Below, one piece after another: positions 1-8,314 of a DNA stretch of 64,000 bases. The stretch covers positions 34,443-98,442 of the forward strand of contig CAYNOT010000019.1 in NCBI GenBank assembly GCA_964398945.1, read 5' to 3'. This DNA is from an uncultured Roseivirgaceae bacterium. GTDB lineage: Bacteria > Bacteroidota > Bacteroidia > Cytophagales > Cyclobacteriaceae. The position numbers and the translations under genes were made by a program. The notes under the pieces are model-generated. The model saw nothing but the letters and a program-made list of their open reading frames with translations, ran no database searches and was not told the origin of the DNA. Position 1 is the stretch's first letter. Every line of letters begins with the position of its first letter.

Positions 1-1360
1 ATTTTTCAACCAAAAATGATTCACCGGAAGCGCGCATGGGCTTACCAACTTTTGTCACGGTTGCCCCGTGTTTTTGTAAATGCCTGGCAATGGATTCAAA
101 CCCGGCAGGGATAATGTACCCTTTCGGTAATGTGCTTTCAACCGTTGCCTCAAAAGCACTATTGTTTTCGATATTGTCAAGTTCAATAATATTGGGCGCG
201 CGCAGGTATGAAATTTTCCCTTCGTTGTCTTTTACTTCATAGTAATCATAAACACGGTACTTCGCCATCGGCTTTTCTAATGGCACCATTTTAAACCGGA
301 CACCCTTCTTTACTTTTCCGCCTTGTTCTTTTACCAAAGCAACCGCATCGGCTTCTGCTTTGGCGTTGATGGCCATCATTTCTTTTCCATGTTGGTTGGT
401 GAATTCCAGGATTTCATTCACAAAAGCATGTGTGGAAGCCATGCGTTGGTACAACCGTTCATGCGCAAATGCTTCACTTAAAACCGCCATGCGGTTTCGC
501 AACCCAAATTGATTGACGAGGTAACGCGGGTGATGGTTGTACGTATAAAACCTTTTGATCGGCCATTCTTTGAACCCGTAGAAATCCCCAAAAGGCCCAA
601 GGTAGATATCGTTTTTTCCCAACACCTTTTCTGTTACTTCTGGCAATAGAGTATTCCATGTAAAATCATACGGTGCTTTCTCCCCGGCTGAGTGATAGCT
701 TGGTGCCCACGTTAGAGAATATCCATGCCACGTTCCGTTGGTGGTGTGCAAGTCGACAAACAACGTGGGGTCCCACGGCACGATAATATTTTGAATTAGC
801 CCGTTTGTTTCGAGTGCTTCCATTTTTATTCCATCACGGTTCAAATCCCAGCCCTCACTACCGACACGAAGCCCGGCCTCGATCGGGCTTCCTTCCTGTG
901 ATGGACGGTTGTCTGCTCCAAACTTGTCGTTGGAATCAGTATTGTAAATAGGGGCAAATAAAATGATTTGGTTTTTTAATAAGTGCGCTTTGTTGCCATG
1001 AAGGATTTCGCGCATCAACATCTGAAGAACTTCTTTTCCTTCTACTTCACCCGAATGGATATTGCCCTGAATATAAATAATGGGTTTGCCACTTGCTTTT
1101 GCTTCCGCAGGTGTTGATACTTTTGGGTTGGCCAAAACCACTACCGGGATATCTTTTCCTTCCGGGCTTTTGCCCATTGAAATTTGTGTGGCATATCCGG
1201 ATCCTTTTTTTACTTCATCAATAAACGCCATCACCTCCGCATAGGTAGAAGTTTCCTGATAAGAAGTCCGTTCGGGTTTGGTCAGGAGTTCGGATGGCCA
1301 TTGTTGGGCCGAAGATGTAAAGAAAATCAACTGAAAAATGTAGAGTAATTTTAATTTCAT
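1..1360 (-). CDS. M14 family zinc carboxypeptidase (C-terminal end runs off the window)
   Basis: Absent from the ORF track because it is open at the window edge. Manual minus-strand translation from the ATG at 1360-1358 gives the signal peptide MKLKLLYIFQLIFFTSSAQQ, then GNIHSGEVEGKE (HxxE zinc motif) and DLHTTNGTWHG. The frame stays open to position 2. Confidence 0.8.
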   Translation of the reverse strand, partial: MKLKLLYIFQLIFFTSSAQQWPSELLTKPERTSYQETSTYAEVMAFIDEVKKGSGYATQISMGKSPEGKDIPVVVLANPKVSTPAEAKASGKPIIYIQGNIHSGEVEGKEVLQMLMREILHGNKAHLLKNQIILFAPIYNTDSNDKFGADNRPSQEGSPIEAGLRVGSEGWDLNRDGIKMEALETNGLIQNIIVPWDPTLFVDLHTTNGTWHGYSLTWAPSYHSAGEKAPYDFTWNTLLPEVTEKVLGKNDIYLGPFGDFYGFKEWPIKRFYTYNHHPRYLVNQFGLRNRMAVLSEAFAHERLYQRMASTHAFVNEILEFTNQHGKEMMAINAKAEADAVALVKEQGGKVKKGVRFKMVPLEKPMAKYRVYDYYEVKDNEGKISYLRAPNIIELDNIENNSAFEATVESTLPKGYIIPAGFESIARHLQKHGATVTKVGKPMRASGESFLVEK

Positions 1361-1361
1361 G

Positions 1362-2099
1362 TTAAGATTTGATTTTTGAAAACATTCGAAATATTAAAGG
1401 CGCCACAATCAAAGCAATAACCAATGCCGATATACATGACACCACAATATTTCCATATTCTCTATAGTTAAAACCATTGCCAAATCGAATAATTAGTATT
1501 GTCAAAATAACACAGAAAACAATAGTCCAATAAAAAAATGGATTACTACTTTCATCTCGATTTGATTTTGGAAGTCTATACAGAATAATAAAAATAACAA
1601 TACCACCTAGAACTGTGCTCATGTGCTGAACAATTTTAAAAACCGGAAGCGCAGTGCCCAAAATTGAAATTGTATTTGACATCGGCTGAAATAGCTCAAC
1701 AAAATATCCATTGAAATGAGTAAAGCTATCCCAAAGCAAATGTGAAGCCGCACCAATCAGAACAGAAAAAATTATTATGACCCAATGTGCCCTAAAATAC
1801 ATATTCCAATTAATGTTCGTGAATTCGTTAAGCCTCAAACTAATTTCCTTCGGAAGATTAATAAACAAAGAGTTACGAACTATATTATGAAAAACAAAAG
1901 CAAGCATAATACTTAATGGCAAATCAAACCAAAAAAGGCCTGCCAATGTATGGCTGTAATCGCTTTGAATTTTCATTCTTATAAAGTATTCAAAATCAGG
2001 AGCCATACTTCCTGCGACAAGCCCTGTTATGGATATATACTTTCTTGGCAAAAAACCAAGTGGGAGAACTATTGCAGGATGAGAAAATGTGAAAGGCAT
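1362..2099 (-). CDS. DUF4184 family membrane protein
   Basis: ORF 1362..2156. The internal start MPFTFSHPAIVLPL (cat at 2097-2099) matches the typical DUF4184 N-terminus and removes the overlap with the upstream gene. Multiple hydrophobic helices. Confidence 0.7.
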   Translation of the reverse strand: MPFTFSHPAIVLPLGFLPRKYISITGLVAGSMAPDFEYFIRMKIQSDYSHTLAGLFWFDLPLSIMLAFVFHNIVRNSLFINLPKEISLRLNEFTNINWNMYFRAHWVIIIFSVLIGAASHLLWDSFTHFNGYFVELFQPMSNTISILGTALPVFKIVQHMSTVLGGIVIFIILYRLPKSNRDESSNPFFYWTIVFCVILTILIIRFGNGFNYREYGNIVVSCISALVIALIVAPLIFRMFSKIKS

Positions 2100-2106
2100 C
2101 CTTAAC

Positions 2107-3039
2107 TCATTTATTAAGTTCCAAAATAAACTCCGGGGTTTCGGGGTCGCCTTCAAAAAAATCCGCGCGCTTTCCCTGGCTCAATGCCCAACGATCAAGC
2201 CACGAAATCCCGTACCTTCCAAACGTGGTGATAGTGGTCTGATAGGCAGGGTCTTTCAAAACTTCGGTTTGGGATACAAAAGAATACCCATGTTTTTGAA
2301 TCCGCTGTACGAGCGTTTCAATGTAATCCGCATTTAAGAGGCTGGCGTGGATCAACAACGTTTGGTCGATGTTCCTTCCAAAAAGTGCTGTACTTATTTT
2401 TTCATAAAAAATAACTTTCTCCTCCATATAATCGACATAGGTTTCGCCAATGCGTTTCATCAAACCGGTATTGTTGGTTTTGTATGCATCACTGTAAGCT
2501 TTCGCAAATAAATAATCGGTGTTGTCGATCGTGACGGGTGCGGCTATATATTGGTGGTCTTTTAAAAAAGCAGCAAGGGAATCAGCCCTGCCCTGTGTGG
2601 CGCCCACATGAAGAAAGGGGTGTCGAAAATATTTATAACCAAGCTTGTGTTTTTCTGCTAGTTTTCGCGTGACCTGTTCCCCTTTTAAAAGATCGGCAGT
2701 GTATTCTTCAAAAGAAACGGTATTGTAACTAAAATGGGAATAGGTGTGATTGCCCAGTTCAAGTCCGTTGCTCAACCATATTTCCAGCAAAGCAACTTCG
2801 TTGGGGTTCAGTTTTTCACTGTTGTAAAGTTTGCCTTCGTTCACATAGCCAATGGCCGGAATATGATATTCTTTAAAAACCGAAACCAGGCTTTTCGTGA
2901 TTTTCATTTTTAATTCATCACCTCCTACACCATACGCAACGGTGGGCAAGTCATCAACGGTGATGCATATACGCTTTTGCTGGGGCTGTGCCAGGATGGT
3001 TATTGAGAAGAAATAGATGATAATGAATATCCTGATCAT
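2107..3039 (-). CDS. polysaccharide deacetylase family protein (NodB-type)
   Basis: Signal peptide, then ICITVDDLP and LGNHTYSH motifs typical of the NodB homology domain. Confidence 0.8.
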   Translation of the reverse strand: MIRIFIIIYFFSITILAQPQQKRICITVDDLPTVAYGVGGDELKMKITKSLVSVFKEYHIPAIGYVNEGKLYNSEKLNPNEVALLEIWLSNGLELGNHTYSHFSYNTVSFEEYTADLLKGEQVTRKLAEKHKLGYKYFRHPFLHVGATQGRADSLAAFLKDHQYIAAPVTIDNTDYLFAKAYSDAYKTNNTGLMKRIGETYVDYMEEKVIFYEKISTALFGRNIDQTLLIHASLLNADYIETLVQRIQKHGYSFVSQTEVLKDPAYQTTITTFGRYGISWLDRWALSQGKRADFFEGDPETPEFILELNK

Positions 3040-3066
3040 TCGCTGGGTCTTTATTTTATCCGTTAC

Positions 3067-4518
3067 TTAATGCTCTGAAAATATTTTAATTTTTCGATCT
3101 AGTGTTTTTCTTCCCACCGTGTAGGCATACGCTGAAGATGGTAAAAATTGAATGTGGACATCTTTATAAATTTGCTCCCCTTCTTTATCAATCGTGGTAA
3201 CGATCGGACTCTGCACGTTATTTTCCTGACAAAACCTTACCAGGCTTTTTAATTCACTTGGTTTATCATAATATCGATTAGACCACTTTATTTCCAAAGC
3301 CCAGATGGGTTTTAAGGTCTCCCCCAACCCAACCATATCCACTTCACCATTGCTCCACCGTGCATACCAGGGAGTAAACCAATCACGGTGCATCCACTGC
3401 GCAAAAATTGCTGTCTCCACCATGTTGCCCATTTTTTCGTCTGTGGCCGTGATGGGTGAAAACAAAGCACTCCTTAAGGAAGGGTTAGTCAGGTAAATTT
3501 TAAAAAAATTATCGCGCTTAAAAAACTTTCCGCTTTGATCGATCCTTCTTATTATTTTGATCAAGTAAGCGGCTTCTAAATACTCCAAATACTTTTTTAG
3601 GGTATTTTTTGGTACCTGTGATTCTTTGCCCAATCTCTCCAGGGAGAATTCGCCTCCGCTATTGTACGCTATTGTAGTAAAAAGCGAATTCAATTCGCGT
3701 GTATCACTAATACCATACAAACCCGGGAGATCACGTAAGAGTACCTTGTCAACAATATCTTGTCGGATATACCTACCCGGGTTAGCTTGTATTTTTTCAG
3801 AAAAGATTACTTCAGGGTAGCCGCCAAAATTTATGTAGTCAATAAAATGTTTGTTGAGCTCTGGCAAATGCCGCGAGGAGTAAAATTCAGCGACCTTTCC
3901 TTTCCATGTTAAAGGGATAGGATTAATTATCCTGTCCAATCCCTTTAGCGATATGTATTCATTAAAAGTAAGTGGGGGCAATAAAAAATCTGTAAACCTT
4001 CCTGCTCCACTTTCATTGCTTGCAAATTTCAACGCAGCAGCAGCTGAACCGGATACAATAAATTTATCTTTCCGATAACTATCCACTAATGATTTAAGAT
4101 GGACTTCCCAATCGCGACAATATTGGATTTCATCAAAAATAATTAACCAATCATCTTTATCTTTTAGTCCCGTTGCTTCTTTGGCGTATTTGAATAATAG
4201 TTCTAAGGATATATTGTTATAGATGGGGTTTTCAATGGTAATAAAAATGATTTTTTGTGGGTTTCTGCTATTTTGAATCAAATCTTCAACAATATGGTAT
4301 AGCATCACAGTTTTACCAACACGTCTCGGCCCCATTAGCACAACAGCACGCCTTACTTCATTTTCATTGACCAGAACTTTGAATAAATCAAAATATAACC
4401 TTCTGGGCATTTGGTTATAATCCCGCTCAATATGCCCCTCCACCCACCATGGATTTTCAAACCGGATCCTATCCAGAACTTGTTCTTTAGGTACTTGTAA
4501 ATGCATTTTTTTCTTCAT
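3067..4518 (-). CDS. orphan P-loop ATPase (AAA_14 plus DUF4143-type architecture)
   Basis: Walker A GPRRVGKT and Walker B IIFDEIQ. Length and C-terminal region are typical of the ATP-binding DUF4143 proteins. Confidence 0.75.
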   Translation of the reverse strand: MKKKMHLQVPKEQVLDRIRFENPWWVEGHIERDYNQMPRRLYFDLFKVLVNENEVRRAVVLMGPRRVGKTVMLYHIVEDLIQNSRNPQKIIFITIENPIYNNISLELLFKYAKEATGLKDKDDWLIIFDEIQYCRDWEVHLKSLVDSYRKDKFIVSGSAAAALKFASNESGAGRFTDFLLPPLTFNEYISLKGLDRIINPIPLTWKGKVAEFYSSRHLPELNKHFIDYINFGGYPEVIFSEKIQANPGRYIRQDIVDKVLLRDLPGLYGISDTRELNSLFTTIAYNSGGEFSLERLGKESQVPKNTLKKYLEYLEAAYLIKIIRRIDQSGKFFKRDNFFKIYLTNPSLRSALFSPITATDEKMGNMVETAIFAQWMHRDWFTPWYARWSNGEVDMVGLGETLKPIWALEIKWSNRYYDKPSELKSLVRFCQENNVQSPIVTTIDKEGEQIYKDVHIQFLPSSAYAYTVGRKTLDRKIKIFSEH

Positions 4519-4530
4519 TTCAACAAAAAT

Positions 4531-4566
4531 ATCAAAATAAGATCAAATGATTGATCTTATTTTGAT
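4531..4566. repeat. perfect 36-bp palindrome (16-bp arms, 4-nt centre)
   Basis: ATCAAAATAAGATCAA-atga-TTGATCTTATTTTGAT read directly. It lies 13 nt upstream of the ATPase ATG and 62 nt downstream of the aldo/keto reductase stop. On the minus strand it is followed by ATTTTTG. Confidence 0.9.
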
Positions 4567-4627
4567 AAAAACAGCGAATTAAGAAAATATCGTTAAAAAA
4601 AAGTAATTAAATGGTCCTCCTAGCTGA

Positions 4628-5524
4628 TCAATCAATATCCCTTCCCCGCACCAACCGCCACATCTCAAACCAATCCTGCCGATCCAATTCGATATTTAAT
4701 GCATCCGCTGCCCCGGCTATACGTTCCGGTTTGGTTGTCCCGATAACAGGGACCCCGTTTGCCGGATGGCGCAACAACCAGGCTAACAATAATTGGGAAG
4801 TTGTGGCGCCATTGTACTTCTCCGATAAGATTTCAAAACCATTTTCCAGGCGCTTGCCTTGCTCGTCTGCTGCCCCAAAATGGGTTCCGCCCCCGAGCGG
4901 TGACCAGGCCATGGGTTTTACCCGGTTTTGAACAAGATGGTCCAATGATCCATCGGTAAGTGGGGTGTGGTGAAACAGTGACCATTCAATTTGATTGGTC
5001 ACCAACGGAAATGGAAGGTACGCCTGTAGCATATCAAATTGGCGCACTGAAAAATTGGATACCCCAAAATGCAACACCTTTCCCTGTTCTTTCAATGTTG
5101 AAAAAGCCTCCGTCACTTCAATCGGATTGAGCAATGGATCCGGACGATGGATCAATAATAAATCAATGCGATCCGTGCTTAAGTTTTTCAACGATTTTTC
5201 AACCTGCTGTTGAATATGTGTTGAAGAAGTATCATAATGTTTTACCCAATTCTGTGGCATCGCTTCCGAAGTAAGTTGAATGCCGCACTTGGTAACCAAC
5301 TCCATGTCGTCACGCAACGAAGGGTTTTTTCTTAGCACTTCACCAAAGATTTTCTCATTGCCGTAATCGCCATAGATGTCTGCGTGATCGAATGATGTGA
5401 TCCCCAGATCAAGGGAAGTATTTACCAACATTTCCACTTGTGCGGTCTCTAATTTCCAACGCCAGGCACCGGCTACAATACGTGATAATTCCGGTCCGTC
5501 TTTATGAAGCGTGATCCTTTCCAT
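4628..5524 (-). CDS. aldo/keto reductase (YdhF-like oxidoreductase)
   Basis: GITSFDHADIYGDYGNE and the overall AKR pattern, 298 aa. Confidence 0.85.
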   Translation of the reverse strand: MERITLHKDGPELSRIVAGAWRWKLETAQVEMLVNTSLDLGITSFDHADIYGDYGNEKIFGEVLRKNPSLRDDMELVTKCGIQLTSEAMPQNWVKHYDTSSTHIQQQVEKSLKNLSTDRIDLLLIHRPDPLLNPIEVTEAFSTLKEQGKVLHFGVSNFSVRQFDMLQAYLPFPLVTNQIEWSLFHHTPLTDGSLDHLVQNRVKPMAWSPLGGGTHFGAADEQGKRLENGFEILSEKYNGATTSQLLLAWLLRHPANGVPVIGTTKPERIAGAADALNIELDRQDWFEMWRLVRGRDID

Positions 5525-6336
5525 TATAGTCTTGAAATTAATTGAGTATATAAGGTAGTTAAGTCCGGTTCAGCTTTTCCGGCAGTGGCAATAATATCGG
5601 CAATGTTTGCAGGTGCAAGATTGTCGGGATCGCAATCATCGGTCAACACAGAAATGGCGCAACACAGCAGGCCCATGTGGTTTGCAACAATCACTTCGGG
5701 CACGGTAGACATGCCCACAGCATCCGCACCGATGCGTTTTAAATAGCGATACTCTGCACGCGTTTCCAGGTTTGGCCCAACAACGGAAGCATACACACCC
5801 ACACGGAGTGTGATATTATTTTCATTTGCTATGGCCATTAACTGCTCGTTCAATGTTTTCGAATAGGGCTGGCTCATGTCCGGGAACCGTGGCCCTAATT
5901 CATCCAGGTTTTTTCCTCGCAACGGGTTTTCCGGTTGTAAATTAATATGATCATCCAACAACATCAACTCACCTTTTTTCCATTCAAGGTTTAAATTTCC
6001 GGCCGCATTCGATATCAATAAATTTTTGATGCCCAGCATTTTCATGACACGAACCGGCAATGTGATTTGCTGCATGGAATACCCTTCGTAATAATGAAAA
6101 CGCCCCTGCATAACCAATACGCGTTTTCCGTGGATGGTTCCGAAAATCAATTTCCCTTTGTGATATTCGATAGTAGCAACCGGAAAATGTGGTATGTCAT
6201 GATAATCGATTTGAATGGGGCTTTCTATTTTTTCAACAAAGGCATTTCCTAATCCTGTGCCCAACACAATGCCAATTTGCGGATCGGTAATGCCTTTGGT
6301 TTTAATAAACGTACATGCTTCCGTGATTTCTTCCAT
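5524..6336 (-). CDS. purine nucleoside phosphorylase (trimeric PNP family)
   Basis: GRFHYYEGY, NAAGNLN and GMSTVPEV motifs, 270 aa. Confidence 0.9.
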   Translation of the reverse strand: MEEITEACTFIKTKGITDPQIGIVLGTGLGNAFVEKIESPIQIDYHDIPHFPVATIEYHKGKLIFGTIHGKRVLVMQGRFHYYEGYSMQQITLPVRVMKMLGIKNLLISNAAGNLNLEWKKGELMLLDDHINLQPENPLRGKNLDELGPRFPDMSQPYSKTLNEQLMAIANENNITLRVGVYASVVGPNLETRAEYRYLKRIGADAVGMSTVPEVIVANHMGLLCCAISVLTDDCDPDNLAPANIADIIATAGKAEPDLTTLYTQLISRL

Positions 6337-6422
6337 ACTTTATGATTGGCAAATTAAATAATTGCCAATTGTTAATTGATCATCCATACAAAAAACATTA
6401 ACGATATAGGTATCCACTTTTC

Positions 6423-6680
6423 TTAACCACATAGATACATAGTATGTTCTGTATCAATTCAATAAGCAGATATTGTAAAACTTGACACCGCCACATGTGT
6501 ATCCTCAATGTTTAAAAAGAGGGGAAACACAATAGAAAAACATTTTTTTTTCACATAGAGGTTGAGCGCAGCCCTATATGAAACTTTAAAATCCCATATC
6601 GTACTAAACCAATTTTAACTGTTGATGAGCATTTCAATGAATTGCCTAAGCTTTAAATATCTATGCAGCTATGTGGTTAA
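6423..6680. repeat. 258-bp non-coding unit bounded by 20-bp imperfect inverted repeats (MITE-like)
   Basis: TTAACCACATAGATACATAG at 6423-6442 and its near reverse complement CTATGCAGCTATGTGGTTAA at 6661-6680 (17/20, outer 12 bp perfect). No ORF inside. Confidence 0.4.
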
Positions 6681-6874
6681 AAAAACAGGGATTTTTTAGA
6701 CACAAACGGATGCGCCAATTAGAAATTCGCTAATCAGTAATTAACTGGACTTACGTACAGGGCAACAAAGGCTCAAAGACACTAAGGTTTTTATTCCGAA
6801 GTGTACCCAAAATGAAATGTTTTTTCGTGTCTTGGTGACTTTGTGGCAAAAACCTGCGTAACATCAGTAATTAA

Positions 6875-8314
6875 CTACTCAACCGGGTACATTTCAATAA
6901 TCCCGCCCGTCAAACGAAGGAGTTCGGTGCGACTGGTAATGAGTGCAAAAACCGCGAGGGATTTTTCTATTGCCGCATTGCGTGCATTTTCCTGGACGAT
7001 ACGTAAATCAATGGCACTTAACGCACCGTTTCGGTAACGCACATTTGCCAATTCCAAATTCAATTCGGCAGCTTCCTCTTTTTCTATTGCAATGTTGACC
7101 AGTTGCCTGCGGAGGTTGTACAAATCATACGTTGCCAACAAATCGTTTTCAAGGGAAAGCTTCAATTGATTGGTGGTGAGCAACCCCATCTTCTCCTGGA
7201 TTTGGGCATTCTCAATGGAGCGTTTTATTTGCCGGCCATTAAAGAGTGTCCAGCGCAAGCTAAGGTTTGCGTAAGCACCGTATGAATTACCCGAGAGGCT
7301 TTGATTGACAAACAAGGATTGATTATTGGTTTGAATTACCGGAAAGTTCGCGTCATCATTCACATACCCGATTGTGTTTTTTTGTTCAGGCCCTGTAGCC
7401 GAGCGAAAATCAGCATTCAATCTGTCCAAACTTCCATTCGCACCAATATTCAAACCGATTGTAGGATATAAATCCGACTGCATGAGTTTTGTGTTGTTGC
7501 GCAACAACTCCTGGTTGATGTACTGATTTTTCAAATTCGTGTTGGAGCGTACCATGCGCGCGCGCATTTCCGATAGTGAATAATTTTCCCCATGATAAAA
7601 AAGTGAATCCGTAAACACCCAATGATGATCGAGGCTATCGCTCAGGAGTACATTTAAATTCCGAACGGTATTCCGGTATACAATTTCTTGCCGCAGCACA
7701 TTTGCAGAATCCGTGAGGTAGTTGTTCTTTTCTTGCAACACATCAAAGGTAATGGCGCTTCCCAACTCCTTCCGAAGTTGAACAAACTCATACCGCTCTT
7801 TCGAGTAGGCCAGGTTTTTCTCCAGCACATTCAGGTTCTCCTTATCAAGCAACGCCTGGTAGTATGCCAGCACAATGCCTTGTACCACACCTTCAATAAT
7901 GAACGCACTGTTGCCATAACTCAAATCTTCAAGTTGCTCTAGTCTTTCCTTTGTAAGGTTGATCGAAAAACCATCAAACAAAATAAACTGCGCATCTAAT
8001 TGCCCATTGAGGTTGTCACTGATGTTCCTGCCGGGCACAGCAAAGGGGTTGGCGGGCTTGCGCTGAACAATTTGATTGTTTTGGTTTGAATTGAAAGTGA
8101 TCAGGGGGTAACGTCCGGCTTGTCCCCATGTATTGCTATTTCGGGCAATTTCCAAATCCAGTTTTTGGATCTGGATATCAAAATTGTTTTTCAACCCGAT
8201 TGCAATGGCTTCGCTAAGGCTTAGCGTTTGTTGCGCGAATGCTGCCGAACAAACAAACAAGGAACCAAAAATCAATACAACCCTATTCAACCGCATGCCT
8301 ACCATGTTTTTCAC
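6875..8314 (-). CDS. TolC family outer-membrane efflux protein
   Basis: Signal peptide and TolC-like repeat architecture. Last gene of the RND operon. The start may be an internal Met (MRLNR). Confidence 0.85.
   Translation of the reverse strand: MKNMVGMRLNRVVLIFGSLFVCSAAFAQQTLSLSEAIAIGLKNNFDIQIQKLDLEIARNSNTWGQAGRYPLITFNSNQNNQIVQRKPANPFAVPGRNISDNLNGQLDAQFILFDGFSINLTKERLEQLEDLSYGNSAFIIEGVVQGIVLAYYQALLDKENLNVLEKNLAYSKERYEFVQLRKELGSAITFDVLQEKNNYLTDSANVLRQEIVYRNTVRNLNVLLSDSLDHHWVFTDSLFYHGENYSLSEMRARMVRSNTNLKNQYINQELLRNNTKLMQSDLYPTIGLNIGANGSLDRLNADFRSATGPEQKNTIGYVNDDANFPVIQTNNQSLFVNQSLSGNSYGAYANLSLRWTLFNGRQIKRSIENAQIQEKMGLLTTNQLKLSLENDLLATYDLYNLRRQLVNIAIEKEEAAELNLELANVRYRNGALSAIDLRIVQENARNAAIEKSLAVFALITSRTELLRLTGGIIEMYPVE

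Noticed and set aside
6345-6369. Possible sigma-54 (-24/-12) promoter in TTGGCA...TTGC upstream of the PNP gene
   Set aside because: The GG to GC spacing is about 15 nt rather than the canonical 11-12 nt. It is kept only as a generic palindrome.
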